Assembly (NCBI GenBank): GCA_002794465.1 | Contig: MTSL01000161.1 | Location: forward strand, 1-28,191 | Source of the DNA: Paramicrosporidium saccamoebae KSL3 | Lineage: Eukaryota > Fungi > Cryptomycota | Length of the DNA stretch: 28,191 nt | Reading direction: 5' to 3' | Translations under genes and position numbers: made by a program | The notes under the pieces: generated by a model | Seen by the model: only the letters and a program-made list of their open reading frames with translations | What the model was told of the DNA's origin: nothing | The model's database searches: none | Shown here: one piece after another, positions 8,701 through 19,687 of the stretch | Layout: each line of letters starts with the position of its first letter | Numbering within the stretch: position 1 is the first letter of the stretch

Positions 8701-11700
8701 TCTATGTGGCCCATCAAAAGCGCTGGATTGACAAGTCTTATCATAGACTGTTCTTTGACTTTGCCCAACGTGCAGAAGAACGTTTAGCTAACCGTCCTGT
8801 CCCATCTTGTATCCCTAGCAACATTGACTTGAGCCTGAACCCAGACATTGATCCAAAAGAATTTCTCGCACATATGAAGACAAATGCTACCTTTAGTCTT
8901 GATCATTTACTGAGTTCTGATGACCGTCTCTACTTCATTGCTCTCTGTCGTCGTCCTGGACAAAAGCCTGTTCCTTTCGTCCCCCTATTTGATGAGAATT
9001 TTGATAATTGGTTTAAGAAGGACAGTCTGTGGCAATCGGAGGATGTCGATGCAGTTGTGGGCCAAGACGCCCAACGCGTCTGCATTCTTCAAGGGCCGGT
9101 CGCAGTGAAGCATTGCAAAAAGGTGGATGAACCGGTAAAGGTCATACTTGACGGAATCATGGATTTTCACGTGAAAAAGATTCTGGAGACCAAATATGGC
9201 GGGAGTGTCAAGCAGGTGCCGGAAGTACCGTGGTTCGGTAATCTAGGCAATGTTGAATGCAAGGACTTTGCTAGTCTTGGTGCGATTGTAGAGGAGACTT
9301 CATGGGGTAGAACCGTTTCATTGCTCCGCGATGCACCTACACCCGATGAAGGAGAATGGCTAAAGTGTCTAAGTGGTGGAAAAAAGACTTGGCTCTCGGC
9401 ATTGCTATTGAGCGAAAATATAGTCCAAGTTAAGAATGCTATTGCCAACCGTGTTCAAATCGACGAAACTGTTCAGATCAATGACAGTGTGCAAGTCGAT
9501 GGCAGCCTTCAGGCCAAGAGTATCGTTGACAACACTGTCAAAGCCCTGTTTGCTCCACGTGCTGGATATGCATATCACTTGGACAACGCTTGCAAGTCGG
9601 CTCGCATATCATCTAATGGCAAGGATTTGGTGCACGCCGTCTTCAACAATGACATTATCGACATTGATTTATCATATCATGGATCACAGGGACTATCCGT
9701 GCTGAAATTGCAATTCAAGTTTGTCCCAAGCTGCCCGAATTATATGATTCACGAAGTCATGGAGGGACGAAATGATCGGATCAAGCAGTTTTACTGGGGA
9801 CTTTGGTTCCAAACAGAATCTGAGGCTGAATTCAAGTCCACCCTCGACCATGATCCGTTATCCGTGTTGTTCAAATCGGAATCCACTGTCTCTGCTGAGC
9901 TTGTTGGACGGTTCTGTCGAATCGTTGGCAATCATGCTGCTGCATATTCGGACAATACAATTGCCCCTATGGACTTTGCCATCGTCGTGGCTTGGAAGGC
10001 AGTTATCAAATGTTTGTTTCCGTCTAAGATCGATGGCGACTTGTTGAAGCTTGTCCATTTATCAAATCAAATTTCCTATGTAGGTAGCGCAGGCCCCCTG
10101 GTGGCTGGCCAGAAAGTTGAATCAGAAGCACACATCTCCAGCATCAAATGGACGCCTACTGGAAAGATTGTCGAAGTAGAAGCTTTGGCGCGCGTTGCAG
10201 GCAAGTCTATTCTCAAGGTTATCAGCAAGTTTATGTATCGCGGCGTGTTTGATAAGAACGATTTGTACTTTGAAAAGGGAAGCGCACTGTTAAAGAAGCT
10301 CATGATAGCGTCCAGTGAGGATTTAGCCGTCTTGAAATCAAAGAACTGGATCAACTGGACAACTGACAAGGCAATGGACCAAGTGCGAGTTGGCTCTATC
10401 CTTCTCATTGAACTTGACTACTTGCACTTGCAAGATGTCTCTAAGAATGTCTTAAAGGCCATCGAGTGCAATGGAAAGATATTATTAAAGACAGACACTA
10501 AGGAATATTCACTCATCGGAAAGGTGAATTTCCAATCAAAAGAGTCAATGAAGGCCAATCCCATATTGACTTTTTTGGAGCGACACAGTTATCCTTTGGA
10601 GGTTCCCACAATGTTTGGCAGCGGAATTCCGATTGCTGAAGATTCAGAAATAATACTGACTACCAGCAGCACCAACCAAACCTACTCTGACAATTCTGGC
10701 GACCACAACCCAATCCACACTGATCAGCTGATTGCGGATTTTGCCGCTCTGCCTGGCACCATCACTCATGGAATGTGGACCTCTGCAGCGGTCCGATCGG
10801 TGGTGGAAACTTATGCCGCTGAGAACCAGCCACTGCGAGTGCGGGACTATGAAGCAGTTTTTGACGACATGGTCCTGCCCAGTGACAAGCTGCAGGTTCG
10901 ACTATACCATGTGGGAATGAAAGATGGTCGCAAACTTATCAAGATTGAGACTACTAATCAGCAGGGCGTGGTCGTCATGCACGGCGTGGCCGAAGTAGAT
11001 CAGCCGCGCACTGCATTTGTTTTTACCGGACAAGGATCGCAGGAAGTAGGGATGGGAATGGACTTGTACCAGACCTCAAAGATTGCCAAGGATCTGTGGG
11101 ATATGGCTGATGAGCATTTCTTCACGACTTATGGCTTTTCGATTATTGATATTGTCCGAAATAATCCAAAGAATTTGACAGTCCATTTCGGAGGGCCACG
11201 TGGACAGGAAATCAAGGCCAACTACCGATCAATGACTTATGAGACTGTGGATGCCCGTGGAGCCACTAAATCTGTAGCTCTGTTTCCGGGAATCACCGAT
11301 GCTAGTACCTCTCATACATTTTCGTCTCCAAATGGATTACTTTCTGCCACTCAATTTACCCAGCCCGCCCTTACATTGATGGAGAAGGCTGCGTATGAAG
11401 ACATGAAGCAACGTGGATTGGCTGGACCGGAAACCTCTTTTGCTGGCCATAGTCTCGGGGAGTATGCTGCGCTTGCCTCGGTGGGTAACGTCTTGTCCAT
11501 CGAGACACTCTGTGACGTGGTATTCTACCGTGGACTGACTATGCAAGTTGCGGTGGAGAGGGATTCCTTGGGCCGATCAAACTATGGGATGGTGGCGGCT
11601 AATCCCACTCGGGTCGGATCTGGATTCGACGATCATGCACTACGCGAGCTTGTTCCCCTGATAGCCACGACATGTCAAAAACTGCTGGAGATTGTAAATT

Positions 11701-14700
11701 ACAATGTTGAAAACTGGCAATATGTGGTTGCGGGTGAACTCGAAGCCTTGGAGACTTTGACTAGCGTTCTAAACTACATTGCCACGCAAAAGTATGATAT
11801 TCAAAAGTTGATATCAGAGATGGGAATTTCCAAGATTCAAGAAAACTTGAAATTGATGATCAAAGAGGCCTATAACCGTACGATGGATCGCAAGAATACT
11901 AACGGATTCCTTACACTTGATCGCGGCATTGCGACAATCCCACTTGCTGGAATTGATGTGCCATTTCACTCATCGTTTCTACTTGGCGGTGTAAAGTCGT
12001 TTAGAAAGTGTCTGGAAGCCAAGATCAAAACAGTGTCCGTGGATCCCAACATCTTGCGCGGCCATTATATCCCCAATCTCACCGGTGTTCCTTTTGATAC
12101 GTCTCTGGAATACATTAAGCTGGTACTTGAGAGGTGCGATAGTTTGGTTCTGAACGATATTGTCAAGAATTGGAGCAAAGCGCCAAAGAGTGCGGCCGAA
12201 TTACAAATCATTGCAAGATCTATATTGATTGAGCTACTTGCTTTCCAGTTTGCCTCTCCGGTTCGATGGATTGAAACCCAAGATGTCTTGTTCAAATCGC
12301 TCGCAATCGAGAGACTTATTGAAATTGGCCCTACTCCCGTTCTGAGTGGAATGGCTGAACGGACCTTGAAAATCAAGTATCAAGAATACGACGATGCACT
12401 TTACCAGAGCCGCACCCTATGGAGTTATGTAAAGAACAAGTCTGAAATTTATTACGAATACTTGCCAAAGGAAGAAGTGAAAGAAAGCGCCTCTAAGCCC
12501 GCACAGCTCACACGGCCCGCCCAACTAAATGTTGTGCCGAAATCTGCGACCCCAAAAAAGAGACTTGAGTACCCTTATATAGTATTCTGACATTTAGTGA
12601 ACTTCCCTTTGAGGCGGAGGAACTTTTGAGAATTATTGTTGCTTTGAAGACTAAGAAGACTCTGGAAGAAGTTTCTCCGACCAAAAGCATCAAGGATTTG
12701 TCGGGCGGCAAGAGTACACTGCAAAATGAAATTCTGGCCGACCTGCAGAAAGAATTTGGCGAAGGGGTTCCCGATCGTTCAGAGGAATTATCGCTAAAGG
12801 ACCTTGGTGCGCATATCAAGCCTATTTTCACCAAACAACCAGGCAAATTTACCTCCACCTTGCTGGCTAAAATGTTTGCAGGAAAGATGCCTGCTGGTTT
12901 CACCGCTGGCGCTGCCAAAGATTTGCTTGATAAAGAGTTTGGACTAGGGCCAAAGGCAGCTGATCAACTTTTCCTCTTCAGGTAAAACATCTTCCCTTGC
13001 CCATCATACTCATCCTTAGTCTTCACATGGAGCCCACTAGCAGAATTGCTGCTGATGACGCCGCGCGGACATGGCTCCGAGATGCTGCAACAAAATTCTT
13101 CTCATCTCATCAGCTGGATCTGCCGAGCGGTGGCTCACAGGATGGTCAGCAAGAAGTCTCGGTAATTTCCAGTGCAGAGCTCGAAAAGATGCAGTCAAAG
13201 CATAAGAGACTTATCCGCCAGCAAATTGAATTATTTGCCAATTATGTTGAACAAAACTTGCTAGAGTTTCATAATGCCGCTGCGGATAAATCTGAACAGA
13301 TTGCTGCTCTTCAGAAAGATGTCGATCTCTGGCTTGCCGAGTTTGGGCAGGGATTCCAGGATGGCATCCGACCAATGTTCTCATCGCTCAAGACACGTCG
13401 CTACGACTCGTACTGGAATTGGTCTCGTCAAGACGTTTTCATGCTGTACTATGACATTATATTTGGGCGATTGGTCAATGTGGATCGTGATGTCACTGCC
13501 AAATGTCTGCATGTCATGAACCGTTCGTCCCGAGAGCTTGTGGATTTCATGGAATACCACATTTTCAAGTCTCCAAAGGTTGTTAATGACGAAGTCTCTC
13601 TGGAGTCGTATCAACTCTTGAGACAATATGGTGAGATGCTTGTCAGCCAGGTCAAGGAATCGCTGAACCGACCCCCAATGTACAAGGACGTTTCGAGTCA
13701 CACCCGACCTCAAGTGCAGATTTCGTTTGATGGTTCCATCGAGTATAGCGAGATTCGAAGGTCGGGAGTCGGTAGCTTCGAGGCCTATGTCAACGAAATG
13801 CAACAAGGATCCGAACTTTTGGGCAAATCGGGACGGCCTCTGGTCTTTATCCGCGAGCGCTCCCAAGAGGACCATAACCAATGGACGTTTAGTGACCTCA
13901 AGACCAAAGTGTACATGGCTGCCATTTCCGACATGGCAAGCAATGGTGTCTCATATGAAGGCAAGACTGCATTGTTGACGGGATGTGGCAAGGGGTCCAT
14001 TGGATGCGAAGTACTAAAGGGATTGCTCTCGGGTGGAGCAAAGGTGGTTGTGACAACATCGTCCTTTACCCGAGGCACTGTGGATTATTTCCGGTCCATT
14101 TATGAAAGCCATGGTGCCCGATCAAGCTGTCTCATTATTGCGCCATTCAACCAAGCATCCCTCCGAGATATTGAGTCGCTGATCGAGTACATTTACAATC
14201 AAGATGGCAGCAAGGGACTTGGCTGGGACCTGGACTATATTGTCCCATTTGCAGCGATCCCGGAGAACGGAAGAGAAATGACCGACATTGATTACAAGTC
14301 GGAACTAGCTCATCGCATCATGTTGACCAATGTGCTGCGTCTGGCTGGATTGGTGGCCAAGGCCAAGAAGGATCGTCGCATTGAAACTAGGCCTGCCCAA
14401 GTGGTGCTTCCCCTCTCCCCTAACCATGGTATATTTGGAGGTGATGGCTTGTATGCAGAATCCAAGCTTGGATTGGAGACTTTATTTAATCGTTGGAGTT
14501 CTGAGAGTTGGGGAGATTATCTGTCCATTGTAGGAGCGGTAATTGGATGGACCCGTGGAACAGGCTTGATGAATGAGAATAACATGATTGCGGAAGCTAT
14601 GGAACGGGCTGGACTGCGTACGTTTTCGTCCAACGAGATGGCCTTTAATATCCTTGGTCTGATGCACCCTCAAATGGTGAGAATGTCTGAAGAGGGACCC

Positions 14701-17621
14701 GTCTATGGAGACCTTAACGGCGGCTTGGACGTCATAAAGAATCTTGCGCAGTTCACCAAGGATATACGACAAAAGATGACGGATGGTGCCCAGATCAGAC
14801 GGGCGCTAGCTAAGGAGCGCCTGATGGAGGCATCTTTGGAAGTCAATCCTGTCGAGCGTGTCCCTACTGTTAAACCTCGCGCCAATATGGAGTTTAAATA
14901 TCCCAAACTGTCTACTGTCAAGACTGACAAGGTGTTTGCTGATCTGCTGGATCTTTCCCATGTTGTGGTCGTGACAGGGTTTTCTGAAGTGGGTCCGTGG
15001 GGCAATAGCCGCACTCGCTGGGAGATGGAGGCTGAAGGTGAACTTTCCCTGGAAGGATGTATTGAGATGGCCTGGATAATGGGACTCGTAAAATATCACA
15101 ATGGCGTTGACACGGCGGGAAAGGTGTACGCTGGATGGGTTGATGCCAAGAGTGGTGAGCCTGTGCAAGACTATGATATCAAGCCCAAATATGAGAAGCA
15201 AATCTTGGAGCATTCAGGAATCCGTTTCGTGGAGCCAGAACTGTTCAACGGATACGATCCCAACAAGAAGCATCTCAGCCAGGAGATTGTCATTGACTAC
15301 GACATGGTTCCGTTTGAGGCTAGCAAGGAGGAAGCGGACCAGTTCAAGCTGATGCACGGGGAAATGGTTGATGTTTACCAAAATGACAATGGAAGCTGGA
15401 ACATTAGATTGAAACGTGGCGCTATAATTTATGTTCCCAAGGCGCTACGGTTTGACCGTCTGGTTGCGGGCCAGATTCCCACGGGATGGAATGCCGAACG
15501 TTATGGGATCCCCAAGGATATCGTCCAGCAGGTCGATCCCCTCACTCTGTACACTCTCGTGGCTACGGTGGAGGCTCTTGTCTCGGCAGGCATCACTGAT
15601 CCCTACGAGTTTTATCAATATGTCCATGTTTCGGAGGTTGGAAACACATCAGGTGGTGGTGAAGGTGGGATGGTCAGTAATCGGGGCATTTTCCTAAATC
15701 GTTTCCTTGATAAGCCAACTCAAGCTGATGTTCTCCAGGAATGCTTCATCAATACTATGCCTGCCTGGGTAAATCTGCTATTGTTGAGCTCATCGGGTCC
15801 CATCAAGACGCCCGTGGGTGCCTGTGCAACCGCAGTGGAATCGGTGGAAATTGGAGTGCAGACAATTTTGGATGGAAAAGCACGAGTGGTAATTGTCGGG
15901 GGCTACGATGATTTCCAGGAAGAGAGTTCCTATGAATTCGCCCAGATGAAGGCAACAAGTAACACTGTGGATGAGATGGCCAAGGGACGCCAGCCCGATG
16001 AAATGTCGCGTCCCACGACGACCAGCAGAGGCGGTTTTATGGAGTCGCAGGGTTCAGGGATACAGATTTTAATGACGGCCGAATTAGCCTTGCAGATGGG
16101 ATGTCCAATTTATGGCATTGTTGCACTGACAAACACCGCCACTGACAAGGAGGGAAGGTCGATTCCAGCGCCTGGCCAGGGAATCCTTACCACAGCTCGC
16201 TCGGTACGCCCACTGGGATACAAGCCTAGAATTCTCGACGTTAAACATCGCCATGCTCAGTTAATGAAAGCACAACAGACGATTAAAGAATGGTTCGCAG
16301 ATGAAGTCAAGGCACTACATGAGGAGGCCGAGATGATTGGAGACGAGACTGAGCGCAAATTGTTCATGTCCAGTAGATCTAAAGACATTGAGCTCGAATG
16401 TGCACAAAGGGAAAAGAAGGAAAAGGTATTGTGGGGATTCGATTTCTGGAAACAAGACAGCCGCATATCTCCCATAGAAGGCGCCTTGGCAGTGTATGGC
16501 TTGGACATTGACGACATTGGGGTAGCCTCATTCCATGGAACGGGCACCAAGGCAAACGACATAAACGAATCAGAGGTGATGAACAAGCAGTTGAAGCACC
16601 TGGGCCGATCCAAAGGCAATCTTATGCCCTGTGTGTTCCAAAAGTATCTTACGGGACATCCCAAAGGCGCAGCAGCAGCGTGGATGCTAAACGGGTATGA
16701 TATAAATAGTCTTTACTGACATTTAGAGCATTGCAAATTTTGAACACGGGAATAATCCCTGGAAATCGGAATGCCGATAACATTGACGAAAAGTTGACCG
16801 ATTTCAACTGTTTACTCTTCCTGAGCCGCACAATTCGCACCACCGGCATTAGAGCGGCCATTCTGAAGAGCTTTGGATTTGGACAGGTTGGAGGCGAGGT
16901 CTTGGTGATTCATCCCGACTATCTCTTCCGGGCCATTGATCAGGCTGTGGCAAGGGAATACGTCGAAAAGCGGGTAAAGAGACAGGCCAAGACTTTCCGG
17001 TATTTGCAAGATTCGTTGATCGGAGTGGCCCCACTGGTGCAGGTGAAGAATGAGCCGCCATATTCGGCCGACTTGGAATCAAGTGTTTATCTTAATCCCG
17101 CTGCAAGGGCAGAGTATGATGCGGCCAAGAACAGCTGGACATTCAAGGCGGCATCTATGGAGAAGACAGAGGCGGAAGCCTTATTTGACACCAAGCCGGA
17201 TGGGATAAGCGCCATGGTCCAAGCGACGCTCTCCACTGTAAGCAATGTGTGTGGAGTTGGAGTGGATGTGCAGTTAGTGTCGGAAATCAACATTGATGAC
17301 GAGACATTCCTCCAACGCAACTTTACCGAGGCGGAGCGTCAATACTGCGCCAAGCAGCCCGACGCCAAGGCCAGTTTTGCAGGTCGATGGGCTGCCAAGG
17401 AATCAGTGCTCAAGGCCCTTTGTAATGCCTCTGATCGTCGACCCGATTGGCTGGAGGGGGCGGGCGGAGCCTTGTGTGGAATAGAGATTATGCCGGATGC
17501 TTCTGGCGCGCCCACAGTCCTCTTTGGGGGGAATTTGGCGGGAAAGATATCTGCAGCACCAAAGGTCAGCATTAGCCACTCTGGAGCATACGCAGTCGCA
17601 ATTGCCGTTATTACTAAATAA
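5789..17621 (+). CDS. FAS: Single-chain fungal type I fatty acid synthase (fused beta+alpha: AT-ER-DH-MPT-ACP-KR-KS-PPT); join(5789..7229,7259..7627,7660..12568,12598..12981,13020..16694,16727..17621), 3,890 aa
   Basis: Six track ORFs are joined in frame by five introns of 29, 32, 29, 38 and 32 nt (11,673 coding nt). Motifs: AT GHSQG, ER GGRAGGHHS, DH DHNPIH, MPT GHSLGEY and PFHS, ACP GGKSTLQNE, KR TGCGKGSIG and YAESK, KS PVGACATA, FHGTGT and GHPKGAA, PPT GVGVD, WAAKES and SISHS. Confidence 0.95.
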
Positions 17622-17671
17622 TGAGACTCGATAAACTTTTGCATGGATCGGTACAAAATAAAGGGAGTGTA

Positions 17672-18395
17672 TTACAGAGTCATAAGATTACCTTGGGCCT
17701 CGGGGAATGGGTTTGACAGCTTTGGAGGGGCGCTCAGCTGGATCGACTGATGCTCTGGACTGGCACTGATCGCATCCTCCACCTCCATTTCGCTCTCATT
17801 GTCCTCATCTAACTCTTCACCATCCAACATCCCAGCTTCTCCCTTGGGCGCCTCCAATTCGTCACAGCCATCCCACCTAATTGGAAACCTCGTCACCCTC
17901 GGCTTATCGGCGAGAATATTCCTCAGCAGCTTGCCTATCACTGGCACTGCAGGCGGCTCTGCCCTCAGCTCCTCCTCCTCGTACTCGTTATTCACATAGT
18001 ATCCGACGCGCACAAACTCTTGTCCACGATAGCCGCAGGTGATGAGGACGACGGTGACGCCGGTAATGTCTGTGGCGGGGATGAGCGACGGATTCGGTGC
18101 GTCAGCCTACAGTTGGGATTCTGTGTCAGAATGGATTACCTGGTAGACAAACTTGTTGACACCCACGGGAACGGGTCCTACCATGATGCAGTCGAGGGTC
18201 TGGTCGTATTGTTCGTCTTCCGCACTGCCCACATACACCACCTTCCATTCCAAGTCTAAATCGTTCAGAATAGTGCTGCAAGGTACCGTCCTGCAGGGCA
18301 CTGGTACATTCAAAAGTAATTTCAAATTGGAATGGGTTGGTAAACCGGGTCGGGTTGTCGAGGACCTGGATGTTGAGGATATTGACGATGCTCAT
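17672..18395 (-). CDS. ASF1: Histone H3-H4 chaperone Asf1; join complement(17672..18106,18140..18255,18287..18395), 219 aa, introns of 31 and 33 nt
   Basis: [26 protein letters not shown]...LQD|[28 protein letters not shown]...F..Q|ADAP...[25 protein letters not shown], followed by an acidic tail. Confidence 0.96.
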
Positions 18396-18412
18396 GGGCT
18401 GGCGCCTGGTCA

Positions 18413-18945
18413 ATGGTATGCGCGTATATTATGGCTGATTGGTAGGCAAAGGGTTCGGCAAAAAAGATACATGCGGCCAACGCTACGGTGCTCCGTAGAT
18501 TGCGTTTATTTATGCTAATCTCTACTGTAATTCTGGAGGGCTGGTTGAGACTGTAGGCATTGTTCCTGTTGGGAAATGTGGCGTTTGTCAAGAGCATCCA
18601 TGTAAAGTCGCTGGTTGCCTATGGAGTCAGTCAGACTGTTTCTTTGCTGTTCTACCTCACACTTTCCGGTATGGCCGCCTCAAAGATGGTCAATGGTCGG
18701 GTGGAAGAGTCGGGTTCTGACCTGGACGCTTCTGGTCTCCACCAGTATTCGCACATGATGTTTTAATTGTAGTTACATGATGGATTACATTTACATCTGC
18801 AGCATGGTACATGCCTTTGGTGGGTGTACCGTAAAGGCGTGGATGCTGTTTTGGCTGGTAAGCATGGTTTGGGTCAGGATTGTTGACAAAGTAGTTTCCT
18901 ATCTATGGAATGTTCAAGCTTTTGCAATATCTATCCCGTCGATAA
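18413..18945 (+). CDS. TMEM208: TMEM208/Snd2 (DUF788) ER-targeting membrane protein; join(18413..18415,18446..18526,18557..18744,18773..18857,18895..18945), 135 aa, ATG-only first exon
   Basis: The spliced product MAKGSAKKIHAANATVLRRLRLFM...SGSDLDASGLHHYMMDYIYI...WMLFWLFPIYGMFKL matches the family pattern (A.K...N; G.DL...GL..Y..D.IY; W..P.Y..KL). Four introns of 30, 30, 28 and 37 nt, all GTA...TAG; intron 2 is 3n and ends in an in-frame stop. Confidence 0.82.
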
Positions 18946-19058
18946 TAAACTTTGCTAGTGGATGGCGAGTGGTGGGTGGCGTAATGGATTGTATATTAGC
19001 TTGTCTGATGAATTATATGTATGTCGGGTTGTCTGCAGAGGCTGGCCGCTTTCCAGGC

Positions 19059-19570
19059 ATGCGATGGTGGTGGGCAGTCTTGCTTGCATGGCCCGCCACA
19101 GTCCCCCGAGTCCCCGCCGAAACTCATCTTTGTAGACTTTTATATTGGCTGACTGTCTAGTTGAGCTGCCAATGACCAGATTAATCGGTCTCAATGTTCC
19201 CATCTCTGATGGCTCGCTGTACAAGGTATTGCGACTTGGTGCTACCCACGCGGCCGAACTGCGGCTCAATCGTATTTTCTGCGAAAAACCTGTCCGACTC
19301 TGCGTCTGGCGTGAGGGGGCAGTGTTTCTAGATGTTGAAAAGCTCGTCTTTGAGAAAGGTTGGGAGGGCGAGGTACGGGTGTGGGCAGAGGTGGAGGGTG
19401 TTTCAAGGCTGGGCAAGATTGAGGGTATGGCAAGGGCGGCAGCAGTGTTTGAGCGCACTTTTTGGGGTATTCCCAGTAGTTGTCTGCCGATCATCCTACT
19501 GATCATACTCTGTCTGGCCGCAATTCCCATCTTGACATTTAAGTATTTGATTTTTCTGTCTCCGTTGTGA
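19059..19570 (+). CDS. Small type I membrane protein (putative signal peptide, lumenal domain, C-terminal TM); needs one intron ending at 19135 (donor 19101 or 19110)
   Basis: The ORF from 19136 contains LDVEKLVF...EVEGV...FWGIP followed by a hydrophobic helix (CLPIILLIILCLAAIPIL). This recalls a plant/fungal uncharacterised family (LNTEKLIF...EPEGV...LLGIP). The upstream MRWWWAVLLAWPAT looks like a signal peptide. The 5' model is uncertain. Confidence 0.55.
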
Positions 19571-19687
19571 TTTAAACGTCAAACGCTTCGTTCCCCGCTC
19601 ACTGTACAAATTGTTGATCCTCACACGGCACAACTCGACATTGTCTCTATTATAAATTCAGACATCATCTTGCTTTATAAATTTTAA

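Noticed and set aside
5777-17621. FAS as several separate genes, a frameshifted pseudogene or programmed frameshifting
   Set aside because: Every ORF break is explained by a 29-38-nt GTA...TAG intron that restores conserved sequence, and the summed exons are in frame.
18955-19530. 191-aa minus-strand ORF
   Set aside because: Ser/Thr/Arg/Pro-rich composition typical of an antisense shadow. The plus-strand frame has the family-like motifs and a TM helix.
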